Origin: Tetramitus jugosus
Lineage: Eukaryota > Protista > Heterolobosea
Direction of reading: 5' to 3'
Assembly (NCBI GenBank): GCA_937625935.1
Contig: OW569387.1
Coordinates: 310,001-374,000, forward strand
Length of the DNA: 64,000 nucleotides
Part shown: one piece after another, positions 48,801 to 59,303 of the stretch
How positions within the stretch are numbered: position 1 is the stretch's first letter
Layout of the letters: each line of letters begins with the position of its first letter
Made by a program: the position numbers and the translations under genes
Notes under the pieces: generated by a model
Databases searched by the model: none
What the model saw: only the letters and a program-made list of their open reading frames with translations
What the model was told of the DNA's origin: nothing

Positions 48801-49159
48801 TTGTTGTTGTCATTGTCCACATTTACTTGAATTGTAATGGTAGGTTTTAGTTCATTATTGTTCGTTTCATTATTTTCTAATGATGCTGTGGATGTTGAAA
48901 TGGCTGGAGAAGCGATTGTTGATTCTTCTTCTGCTTGGTTGATACCAACAATAGTAGTGGTGTCTGTTGTTTCTTGAGCAGGAAAAAAAGAAGGAAGAGT
49001 TTGCTTTTTTTCGTCGACTTCAACCACAACAAGGTGGTTGTCCACTGTTGGTGGTTGAGTGGGTTGAGTGGCCGGTGGTGAAGAAGATAATGTCGGTATC
49101 ATGTCTTGTTCTTCAGGGTTGCTCCTGCTGTTGCTGGGAGTATGAGAGTCAAGAGACAT
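45854..49159 (-). CDS. Hypothetical ~1100 aa protein: low-complexity N-terminal two-thirds, ~400 aa globular C-terminal region
   Basis: Long uninterrupted ORF; poly-T/N/S/H tracts; no family recognised. Confidence 0.8.
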   Translation of the reverse strand: MSLDSHTPSNSRSNPEEQDMIPTLSSSPPATQPTQPPTVDNHLVVVEVDEKKQTLPSFFPAQETTDTTTIVGINQAEEESTIASPAISTSTASLENNETNNNELKPTITIQVNVDNDNNNDNNNNSTVAATIDSEKNILHHNEAKTTTTTTTVVTENESTVRRASLLNVPTTTTTTEDTSLATTTTTTTTKTVERRSVTFKDDTTTSTEPLSPLSPSSSSSFLSPEKSTHHHQQRKIKGKSVGLGNGAFAQLLASNSSAPLSPTTTNPLAAATNATSQQNHFDVVSANHSPLSRKHISPRRKISAASLSPRNILSHHVRHNSNNSSNNNNNSHNTNSNHHHHHHHTNGLTTTRKLSHANTTQYMMHHPNDRIVVMEHQQNQMNQQQKNRIQTSYANSHFTKNNTNNTNNTTTTNTSNTNTTNTTTTLNHNFNHSNNNAYQNYHSHKPMFDLPLFEQIHMRPIVQIRVLEHDGKNTLSPQLPPSMILPSSSSLHNVTKNNNHNFDNNSNIDSINSSSSSSVGSITQSLFEDVFGLKKMSFHHGRTNYSPSSSTSTTDKNRTNSSSTTKASSSSSSNSSSSSSSKSSTSSNSGSPTTTNSGNVVQLYRCQAKFTCDHLRDWNRLMMGDDYEQDLSQTVVFQFEFANDYHSFANSNNQNNKNNSNVMMMSSSSNLSSSSNSITGSSSSSSSGSSSSILSENEEVNDDNEAYFQLLSEYDGTLIVLTPGTTVQSFENTFLRDMRLTPEKIVAHNIHFLNICVPRYLSNNADDVIFEVDHIDPSIRFYIHNLFPNNVSASTARRLGINANADKNTTSTAEKSGQAYDSFDDKADEASLAVEQLFNSDDTTELNKLFKRTILRMLLDVYKYDRFRVGYDVKGYKEALFRHEFMYDKLFLLSKLEHPYFGAELAALNSNFNLPLCQVRFTNRMNPQFDPMKMLSKLGWEDLKYDTQLAVVQTYTKHYLFQSGVDDTEYATVFLTAESLKFYTKYYKNNKGAMDPWLEKLSKIVSMGRFGKHGLPNYKAPTYSIDYRSETINVDVWVCEYPSLLEDNLSEEDVIFSQWRYSFPCIGVRMKISRLYQFYANDYKRKKSRASSLFSCIAVL

Positions 49160-49474
49160 GATTGTTTGGTGGTGGGTGTACTTGGTTAGGTTTCTGAAAC
49201 CTGAAACACTCACAATCGGATTTTAGAAAGCGAACAACACCCAAAGTGACGAATCCATCACACTAGGAAATGTTGCGACATCTGTCTCGAGCGGACAAAT
49301 CACTGCAAAAAAGCTCGTTCGCCATTTGGGCAACATTCTGGCCTGTTTCTGCAACTGTAATCAATCATGTAATCCGTTTTTCTTGACATCTCATGCATGT
49401 GAACTTTTATTGTTGGATTTTATATTATTACCGTGCGAGCTCAAATGGAACAATCAATTCGATGACCTTGTTTT

Positions 49475-52400
49475 TTACTTGTCGACACTCAATTCGAGAA
49501 TATTAGTCTTCTTCTTGTCTTGTTCAATCTCAGCCTCGTTCGACGCTTCATCATACTCGAACGCAACCTTATATACATCGCTGTAGTAGTCTGCAAAATG
49601 TACAGTGATACCATCGCGAATCTCGTGATCCAACTCTGTCCAGTCCTTCTTGTTGCTGATTGGTAAGATCACCTCTCGAACTCCAGATCTTCTTGCAGCG
49701 ATAATCTTTTCCTTGACACCTCCAATGGCCAGAACCTTACCAGTCAGAGTCAACTCACCAGTCATACTCAAGTTTTGCTTCACTGGCTTGTTCAAAGCGA
49801 GTGACAACAGTGAAGTAACCATGGTGATACCTGCGGAAGGACCGTCCTTTGGTGTGGCACCTTCAGGGATGTGCATATGAATGGCAGATTTGTCAAAGAA
49901 GCCCTTCTTCATTCTTGGTTCGTCGTCCTCGTCTTCTTCTTCCTCTTCTTCCTCGTCGTCCTTCTTGCTCTTCTTCTTCTTCTTTGGTGGCAATGGCTCA
50001 GGTGGTACGAGGGTATTGTAGAATTGTTTTGCAAATGTATAGGCGATGGCTGAGGATTCTTTCATTACATCACCAATCTGGCCCGTGGTCTTCAGTGATC
50101 CTTCCTTCTTACCAGGTTCGATTGAAGTCTCAACATAAAGGGTGCTACCTCCCATGGAAGTCCAGGCCAATCCCATGACAACACCAGGTGGTGGTGCAAT
50201 ATAATAACGATCTGTTGAGAATGCAGGCTTACCCAGATAATGTTCGAGTTCAGCTTCGGTAATTGTAATCTTCTTGTTCTTCTTTGTTGTTTGTATCTCG
50301 AATGCAACCTTTCTCAGGATACGTTCAATGTGCTTTTGCAAGTTTCTGATACCTGCCTCTCGACAATAGTTTTGAATGAGAGCACGCAACATTCCTGTTG
50401 TCATCTTGATTTGCTTGGCATTAAGTCCATTCTCATCCAACAGTCTTGGCACCAGATATCGTAGAGCAATTTGTACCTTTTCCTCCAGAATGTATCCAGA
50501 TAGACGCAACACTTCCATTCTGTCAAGCAATGGTTGTTGAATGGTGTCTAGTGTGTTTGCTGTACAAATGAACAATACTTTGCTCAAGTCGAATGGAACG
50601 TCCAAGTAATGATCAATGAAGGCATCATTCTGCTCTGGATCCAAGGCTTCGAGCAAGGCCGAGGATGGATCGCTGTTTCTCTTTCCCATCTTATCAATTT
50701 CGTCAATCATAATGACTGGATTAGATGATTTGCTGAGCTTCATGACTTGAATCAACTTTCCAGGCATGGCACCAATATAGGTTCTTCTGTGACCCTTGAT
50801 CTCAGACACGTCGTCCATACCACCAACAGAGAATCGGTAAAAGTCTCTCTGTAGAGCTCTAGCAATCGATTTACCGATCGAAGTCTAGTATTCATTGTGT
50901 GCATAAATGTGTGTAGCGTGAGAGTTAGTACATGTATACGGATGAATGAAGACAAGAACAAAAAGAGAGTTGCTATTCATACAAACCTTTCCCACACCTG
51001 GAGGACCAACAAAGCACAAGATCTTACCCTGCACTGTGCCCTTGAGCTTACCGACAGCAATAAATTCCAAGATACGATCCTTAATCTTCTTCAATCCGAA
51101 ATGATCCTCGTCCAATACCTTGATTGCGTGCCTCAAGTCAAAATTCTCCTTGTTGTACTGTCCCCAAGGCAACAACGTGAGCCAGTCCATGTAGTTACGC
51201 ACAACATGGAACTCGGAGCTTGCTGTTTCCAGCATTGACAATTTGTTCAACTCTTCATTGATCACCTTGAGTGCTGTTTCGTTCGGTTTCAAATTCTTGA
51301 GACGATCCTTGAATTTGGTAATAATGGCATCTTTTTCGTCAGTTTCCAATCCCAACTCCTTCTTGATCAGCTTCAATTGTTCGTTCAGATAAAACTTTTG
51401 TTGAGCGGCGCTAATCTTTTCGTCGAGACTCTTTCTAATCTTATCTCTGACCTTGAGTGTCTCAATCTCACTCTTGACCAATATGAGTGCCTTTTGAGTT
51501 CTCTCAATCACGTCATCAGTCATCAACACGTCTTGCAACTTGTCGGCATCAACTGTTGTCAACAAGGAAACCAAATCGGCCAATCGAGCAACATCGGAAG
51601 TGTCCATTTGTTGCAAACACTGTTGTAATTGCTCACGATGCAACGGATCCAATGCTGACAGTTCTTGCAAGGCTTGAGTCAATGAGAGAATATAGGCCTT
51701 CAAATTACGATCTTCACGGTCAAATGGCTTCAATTCGGCATCCTTGACACGAACGGTCAATCTTGGCATTTTGTCCACAGTTCCAGTAATCTTAATTCGA
51801 CGTATGGCAGTGAACGAAACCAAAACACCATCACCGACTCGAGATGGAATCAATTTGGTAACGAGTGCCAACACACCGACTTGTTCGACCTGTGACGCAC
51901 GACCAACAGTCTTCAATCCATCTTCTCTGTCCTTGTGATCCTTCAACAAGAAGAGACCAATCAATCTTCTTTCCATTGCTGCTTCCAACATGCCTCTCAA
52001 GAACTCTCGATCCTCAATCATTAGAATGACAATAGAACCGGGGAACACTGGTCTCTTATAGCACGGAATCACTTCAACAAATGGTGGAGTAGGTATGGAT
52101 GATCGATCCATCAGTGTACTTGGTTCCTCTGGTTCCGGTGTAACGATTGGATTGACACCTTCCTCATCTTCACCACCATCATTATTGTTGTTACCATTGT
52201 TGTCACCTGGTGGTGCATTGCGACTTGATCCACCACCACCACCACCAACATTCGATGATGACGAAGATGCTACGTCGTGATCTCCTCCATCGTCTTCCTC
52301 TGCCAACAATTGTTCAAAATTAGAAAAATTTTCAAATTTTTCTTCTTCTTCATCAACAACGATATCATCTTCTTCATTCTCCTCTTCTTCCTTGATGTTG

Positions 52401-52863
52401 TTGTTGTTGTTGTGTTCTTCTTCTTCATCTTTGAGCTCTTTATCGTTGTTCTTGTCCGTGGTCGTCAGTGTTGCATTGTCCTTTTTGTTCTTCTTGTTTT
52501 CATCTGATTGTAACAATGCAGAGTAACGATTGGTGAAAATCTATGTGTGTGCGTACGCATGTGGAACGGATTGTCGTGTGAGTTTATTATATTTGGATTG
52601 AGTGAGAAAAAGAGTTTACACTGGTGAAAAACACCACATACGTTTCTGGTGGTGGTGGTAATGGAAGAATGAATCGAGTTGTTGTTGTTGTTATTGTTGA
52701 TATTGTGATTCATTCCACTCACTTGGTGATAAAAGTGTTGTTGTGCAGCGTGATGCAATTGAGATGCAATGTTGTTGTTGATCAACAACTTTTTTGCCAT
52801 CGTCACTCTAGTTGTTGATGATATGCTATTCGTGCATCGGTTCAATACTAGTCGTCGATTCAT
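49475..52863 (-). CDS. LONP1: Mitochondrial Lon protease; join(52642..52863,50987..52540,49475..50884)
   Basis: Presequence, LON N domain, GPPGVGK|[22 protein letters not shown], catalytic PKDGPSAG and GGVKEK. Confidence 0.95.
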
Positions 52864-53119
52864 TCTAACTCAAATAATATATAAAACTATCAAAGAAGAA
52901 ATAGTATGGCTGTCGTCGTGGTCAAATGTTTTGTTTTTGTTGTTTGCTGCGGGAAACTTTGATCAAATTATTTGTCTGGTAAAAATAGGCGCACATTCCT
53001 ATCAAATATTCATCCGCTTCAAACAAAGGAGATCTTTGGCGTGATTCAAAAAAATGACACGTGCAGAGATGCATTGAATTTTACGAATGAAGACTGCAGA
53101 TCTCGTGCATGACAACTTT

Positions 53120-55421
53120 TTACTTGGTGAGTCTGAGGGAGAACAAGCAGCCTCTATCTGTTCCCATTACAAAATCAGTGTTATCCTTGCGGTTTGGATT
53201 GACAGTGATCGAGGATATTTGACCCAGGTTGGACAATGGATTGGTCAGGAATGCAAACTCTGGCACTGGCATAAAGTTTTCAATCTTGAAACTGACAATG
53301 AGAGTCGGTTCAACAACGACCAATCTGTTTCCACAGCTCGAGAAGGAGGCAAGAAGAGCATTGGAAGAAATTTCCTGAGGTGGATATACCTTCTTGTTTT
53401 CCACAGAGTACAAATAGAGGGACTTCTTTCTCTTGATGTAGAAAATCTTCCCAGATGGATGGAATTTGACCATTGGTGGTGGTGATGTAGGATCCTTGCC
53501 CACGGCTTCAAGAATGCTCACATTGCTCACGACCTCAATCTCACAGGCTGAAAGCTTTTTCCTGACATGGCATGTCAATAATCCAACGGCACCAGATTCC
53601 GAAATGTGAGCAACGAGCAACATTTCACTGCTTGCTATTCCGTCAATGCATGTTATAGGGTCTACAGTGTTGGCTTTGTATAGGGGATATGGTTGGAAGT
53701 TTTCGTTGCTTACACGACCAACACCAATATTACCAGAGTCGAATCCGGCCACAACATAATTGTTGTCAGATGGACAGAAGATGACAGACTTTGGCTTTGC
53801 GTCTGGAGCATAGACATCCTTCAAAATGACCTTGACATCAATCTCCTTTGGATTCTTGTTGCGCACGGATTGATTGCCAGTACGGGCCACTTTCACAAGT
53901 GTTCCCTCTTGATTGGATCCGTAGAGCATGAAATATGAATCAGTAGTTGTAATAGCAACATAAGGATGTGAGATCGTGTCAGCAATGCGAATCACTTGCA
54001 AAACATTGGACGAGGTAGTGTCATAGCTGATTGGATTCCAGTAAACAAAGAACACTTCATCCTTTTCACGGATACCAACCAGACAAGTTCCTTGGAATCC
54101 TGGGATCAACTGGGTAATCTTCCCATTTTGTTTGTCTGTAAATACAGGCAATGTGTTATAGAGACAGGCATCAGACAATGGCACGAGCGAAGCAGATGCA
54201 GACAGTGGAGGCACTATCTGTGGTGTTGCGTCAACAACAGGTGCAGGGGGCTGTGGAGGTGCTGTTACCTTTGGCGCAGCTGTGGTTGGAGGGACAGCAG
54301 TGACCTTCTTGGCAGCAACGGTAGCTGGAGGAGCAGTAGCGGGAGGTGGAGGAGAAGGACGAGTGACTGTTGCGGCTGTTGCAGGTTGACTGGTCTTTGG
54401 AGTCTCGGCTGTTGGTTGAGTCGTAGTAGGGACAGTGGTAGCGGTTGCGGTGGTAGAAGCAGCAGTCGCTGGTGGGATCGGGGTTGTAGATGTTTTTTGC
54501 GTCTTTTTTGGGTTTTGACTGATGGATAGGTCTTCCATTGAGGTTCCATCCGTTTCAGTGGTTTCTCTTGGTCTCTTCCTTGATACACTGTCATAAAAGA
54601 GACGCAAAATGTCGTCTGCGGCATTGGCCTGCTTTGGCTTCTCCTTTGGTTTCTCGACTACCTTTGCGAAGGGCTTACAAATTTCGTCAATGTTGAATGA
54701 TGGACAATTAGTGAGCACTTTGTTATAATTTGGCAACTTTTCCTTCAAATCCTTAATCATCTCATCCACAATCAATTCATAGTTCAACTCTGGAAGGTTC
54801 TTTGCTTCCGCATAGTTTGAGAAAAAGGTGGCAACAAAGCCTGTATCTTCCTTTACAAAGCACACATTGTTCGCAGCTGTCAATACATCTTCATCTCTAT
54901 CATATTTTGTGAAAGTCAAAAAAATTAAACAATGATCATCATCATTGATGAAAAGAGAACATGTGGTGAGTCAAAAAAGAAGAACGTTGATACCAAAAGA
55001 ATTGAGGTGTCCATACCTGTCCAGAGCAATAGCAAACAGAGAAATGTAGAAACGGTGATACAATTCTCTCGTTTCCTCACTCAATGGCAAAAAATGATTC
55101 AAATAAGCATTTGCTTCCTTAAACTTTCGTTCCTTCAACAAGTCAAACAAGTAGTTCTTGTCAAGAATGAATTTCATGCTAAAGAAAAATGAAAGCTTTG
55201 TTAGCTCAAATATACAAAAAAATACCAAAACCAAGCACGGAATCATTGGTCGAGGTGAGTTTAATGACATACGATCTCGCAGCTTCATCACATTCTGGTG
55301 TATTCTGACTTCTCAAGAAACTATAGATGAACTTTTTGGTCTCCTCGATGAATTTAGAGTCCTTGTGTTCAACCATTACAAAAGAAGGGATATCACTTGG
55401 TGATGCAGTATGACCGTTCAT
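53120..55421 (-). CDS. LisH-CTLH protein with Pro/Thr/Ala linker and divergent beta-propeller (TOPLESS-like architecture); join(55273..55421,55017..55178,53120..54896)
   Basis: ETKKFIYSFLR (LisH-like), YLFDLLKERKFKEANAYL...FAIALDR (CTLH-like), NLS RKRPR, WD-like strands VKFHPSG, ASFSSCG, FVMGTDRG; two GT-AG introns give one frame. Confidence 0.65.
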
Positions 55422-55508
55422 TGTGTGATTGGGTTTTTCTTGTTTTTATGTGTTGGTTGTTGTGATCGCTCAAATTTTTGTGGTGGGACAAAAAATGTTT
55501 TGAAGGAA

Positions 55509-55526
55509 GGCGGGAAATGCGGGAAA
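55509..55526 (-). promoter_or_regulatory. Tandem E2F-like sites (TTTCCCGC x2) upstream of the TOPLESS-like gene
   Basis: GGCGGGAAATGCGGGAAA about 90-105 nt upstream of the ATG at 55421. Confidence 0.45.
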
Positions 55527-55587
55527 TTATCACACAGTTCGAGAAATTTCTCAACCTTTATTTGGTGTGATGCTACTCACAAAGACT

Positions 55588-56337
55588 TTAGTATGAGAAA
55601 ATACCTCTCTTGATGACCAGAGATTTCGTGTGTTCCTTGATTTGAGTGTCAAGAATCTGATGAATCTGTTTGCATCCTTCCTCTGCAGCCTTTATCACTT
55701 CTTCAAATGAGTCCAACGACAGCTTGGAGTCCATTTGAACCAGTGAAATCTTGTTTTGTTTTGGAAGGAGAGCAATAGGCAAGTCTGGACCACCTGCACT
55801 ATCTTCCACATAGTTTAGATCGGTCAATGGCACACCGTCAATTAATCCAGCGGCACACGAAACAACAAAATCCTTCATCGGTATACCAGCATCAATCAGA
55901 GCCAATGATGCGGCATTGATACATGCACATCTTGTGCCTCCATCTGCCTGCAACACTTGCATGAATATATCAATTTGTGTTCTAGGGAACAAATGCGTCA
56001 TAATCACACTCTCAAACGTCTGTCTAATGACAAGTGAAATCTCTGTTGATCTTCTGTCACGCTTATACTTTTTTCTACGTTCTCCACCAGTGCTGAATGT
56101 GGCCATACTGTACTCGCAGTTAATGATTGCTCTGTCGTGCTTTGCTTGCTTCTTTCTTGACACTTGTCTTGGGCCGTACACTGCAGCGAGCACCTTTGTG
56201 TTACCTTGCTCATAATATGCGGATCCATCTGCTCTACTGAATAGATTTAAACGGAATTGAATTTTTCTCACTTCATGAGGTCTTCTACCATCGACTCTCA
56301 ACCCTTCTGGGGTCACATATTCAATCTTGTGGCTCAT
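55588..56337 (-). CDS. EXOSC4: Exosome core subunit RRP41
   Basis: EGLRVDGRR, ADGSAYYEQGNTKVLAAVYGP, QVLQADGG, DAGIPM. Confidence 0.96.
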   Translation of the reverse strand: MSHKIEYVTPEGLRVDGRRPHEVRKIQFRLNLFSRADGSAYYEQGNTKVLAAVYGPRQVSRKKQAKHDRAIINCEYSMATFSTGGERRKKYKRDRRSTEISLVIRQTFESVIMTHLFPRTQIDIFMQVLQADGGTRCACINAASLALIDAGIPMKDFVVSCAAGLIDGVPLTDLNYVEDSAGGPDLPIALLPKQNKISLVQMDSKLSLDSFEEVIKAAEEGCKQIHQILDTQIKEHTKSLVIKRGIFSY

Positions 56338-56651
56338 TGTTTTTTTTGGTCGACTTTTTGTTCTTCTTGTTGTTTTTTTTTCTCTTTCCATTCAATGAAA
56401 TGCTTGAACCAGTAATTGGTGGAGAAATAATCGAGAGCGGAGTTAGTCGCAGTTGTGAAATGGACAAGACGCCAACTTTGTAACGTATGAATTGGAAGTG
56501 CGTCTTGTCCATTTCACAGAAGCGAACGAAAAAACAATTGCAACACAAAACAAAAAACCGCGAGTGTGACTTTTCGACATCGAACAAAGACGATCGGTCG
56601 TACTTGAGTGTGAATATATATTTTTTTTTGAGAAAAACAACAACAACAACA

Positions 56652-57719
56652 ATGAACGGAATAAGTAGTAGTGGTAGTTCAATACCCTCTCTATTTGTCA
56701 TGGTGCTATGCTCATTGCTCATGATTGCTCTAATGACCACTCGTGCCACCAATCTCGACAACAATAACATGTGGATGCTAGATGATCAATTATTCTCCGA
56801 TTCCAATGCTCAATACCTCGATTATCATGTCTCTGTTGAACTATTGGAGAAGAAGAGTGAATTTTGTACTAATTTTGTGTTCCCTGGCAAATCATTGTGC
56901 AATCTCGTTGTGACTCAAACCGTGAAACTCAACATGCATGAACAATTGAAAAATGTGACAAAGGGCAGAGCTTATTTTGTAACTCCTTCCTTCCCAATAC
57001 CTCATCAAGCACAGAGCGCAGAAATGATTCAAGTTCTTCATTTGAATGTGACTGATCGTTTGTACAATGAGAGTTGTCCAGTGTTGAGTGAAGTGACGCG
57101 CACAGAGTCTAATGGAATCAAGACTCGTGCTTGGAAGATTTCATTCTATGAGAAGCAGTATCCTGATCCACAAGTGTTCCAAATCAAGTTTAAGATTGTG
57201 GATGTTGTGAAGCCATTGAAGAAGGACAAGCAAAATACGTAGGTGTCAATCGAACATTTGTCTTTTTTTTTATTGTTGGTTTAATCATGGTCATGTGAAC
57301 TAACTTTGTGTTTGAACAGTTTCTCTCTTCAAATGATTACAGAGTCAGTGTTGAATGCAACTGGTCGCAATGGCTATTTTGCATCCGTGTTTGTTCCGTA
57401 CAAGGATGTCGATGCGAAAATGACTGGATTTAACTATGAGCCTGCTCCTACTGCTGTCTACATGCACAATGGTACTCATACATTGACTTATGACAACACT
57501 GGAGACAAGATTGCACAAAATTTGACTGTTTCCATGACATTCCCTAACCATTATTATCCACAGTGCCAAGTGATCAGATGGCCTTCCATTACCATGTGGG
57601 CTGTCGTTGGTGGATTGACTGTTGTCCTGTTGCTGTACGTGATTGTTCACTTGGTTGTTGAACAAATTCTAAGAGCAAGACGAAACAAGGAAGCTGCTGA
57701 ATATGGCAGACTAGATTAA
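56652..57719 (+). CDS. Type I membrane glycoprotein with YxxL sorting tail; join(56652..57238,57320..57719)
   Basis: Signal peptide, many N-x-S/T sites, C-terminal TM (WAVVGGLTVVLLLYVIVHLVV), cytosolic tail ending EYGRLD. Confidence 0.75.
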
Positions 57720-57844
57720 GATCACATAGATAAATAATATTCTTACAAGTTGTATTATTTGCCATTTGTTGTGTTGACAACAGACAGATTCATTCACTTC
57801 ACCAGTTTTCACACACAAAACAACAAAAAAACAAAAACTACAAA

Positions 57845-59164
57845 ATGCTTCGTGCCTTGATCGATTGGATATTATCAATTTTGTTACTGATGAAATCATT
57901 GTTGTCATTGGTTGTTTCCTATGTGAGAGATCACAGAAATGTGAATACTCTGTGGAGAGGTTTCACTGCTCTGTCCACTCCTCAACTCGTCGAAGAGATG
58001 ATATCATTGGATAATGATCGATCCAAAAATCATAAAATTGTCGCAACGAACAACAAGAATCCCAAAGTTTTTGTGACAGAGTTGAACATTGATGATAAAA
58101 CAGCTGTTTCTTCTCTTCTTGTGGAGAGCTTGCAGATTATAAAGAGTAACAATGATAACAAGAGCTTATTCACCAATGTGAATCGTGAAGTGAAGCATTT
58201 GTTTGTCATGATGACGGGCAATCCTGGCATTTGTCAGATTTATGAACCGTTTTGTACGACTTTACACTCGAAATTAATGACATCGATGCAAATAAGTGAT
58301 GAGAAAAGTGATGAGATTGCTGTTGTGGCAGTAGGATTCACTGCACACTCAATTTCAAATCATGTCAACCAGTTCTATTCATTGTCCTCCGAAAATACCA
58401 AGAGTACATTTACGATTGATGAACAAATTGAACACAAGCGATTGCTCATTATGGATTTGATTCAAAAGTATCCAAACGCCAAGATTCATCTCATGGGTCA
58501 CTCTGTCGGTTCTTATGTCATTACGAACTTAATTCAACAAATGCCGAGTCCAGATTTTATTGAAAAGCATTTTGGTTTGTTCTTCCTATTGTACCCAACG
58601 ATCCAGAACATGATCCATACTCCCAACGCTCAGACATACAAGTATTTTGTGACCCCTGTTATGAGACAAATTGTGTCACTCGGTGTTTCATTCCTGTTTG
58701 GATACTCTCCTCGCTTCTTGCGTGAAAAGTTTCTGCACATGTATGCCAATAAGCCAGAGAACAAGGGAAGTAGGATTCTAGCGGATTCGTTGCACTTGTT
58801 TATGCAATATCCATTGTTGGTCAATGTGTTGACTTTGGCCAATAGTGAATTTGAACAGATTCAAGACATTGATAACGTTATGTCTGATCATTTACCTAAT
58901 ACCCATATGCTGTATAGGAAATGCAGATGGATGACATGTGATGGCGATGGTTGGTGTCCACAGGAGCACATTCGACTTATTGAACAAAAGTTGACTCACC
59001 ACAACGAGACACAGGATCAGATATTGTGGACAACCAACAAACAGAAATCGCTCGTGTTCCACCATTGCCCAGAAGGTCATCATGCTTTTTGCTTGCACGA
59101 AAGAGATGTGCAGGGAACAGCAGATTTTATTGCTGAGAACATGAGCTCTGGCGAGAAACATTAA
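57845..59164 (+). CDS. LDAH: Lipid droplet-associated hydrolase (alpha/beta hydrolase)
   Basis: TGNPG, EQIEHK, GHSVGSY nucleophile elbow, LYPTI, DGWCP, HAFC. Confidence 0.88.
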   Translation: MLRALIDWILSILLLMKSLLSLVVSYVRDHRNVNTLWRGFTALSTPQLVEEMISLDNDRSKNHKIVATNNKNPKVFVTELNIDDKTAVSSLLVESLQIIKSNNDNKSLFTNVNREVKHLFVMMTGNPGICQIYEPFCTTLHSKLMTSMQISDEKSDEIAVVAVGFTAHSISNHVNQFYSLSSENTKSTFTIDEQIEHKRLLIMDLIQKYPNAKIHLMGHSVGSYVITNLIQQMPSPDFIEKHFGLFFLLYPTIQNMIHTPNAQTYKYFVTPVMRQIVSLGVSFLFGYSPRFLREKFLHMYANKPENKGSRILADSLHLFMQYPLLVNVLTLANSEFEQIQDIDNVMSDHLPNTHMLYRKCRWMTCDGDGWCPQEHIRLIEQKLTHHNETQDQILWTTNKQKSLVFHHCPEGHHAFCLHERDVQGTADFIAENMSSGEKH

Positions 59165-59303
59165 CAAACCCTTATAAATCTTTCTCACCCCGTACTCAGT
59201 TGTATTGGTGCTTTTCGCGCTCAAAACAGCCGACCGTTACACAAAATGTGAAAGTTCCACTAAAACCTGGCTCGAGAAAAACAAGTGCAACAACGATTCA
59301 AAC

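Noticed and set aside
47090-48830. Extensive CAA/TAG/CAT trinucleotide runs as a repeat array or CRISPR
   Set aside because: They are coding microsatellites (poly-T/N/S/H) with no repeat-spacer structure.
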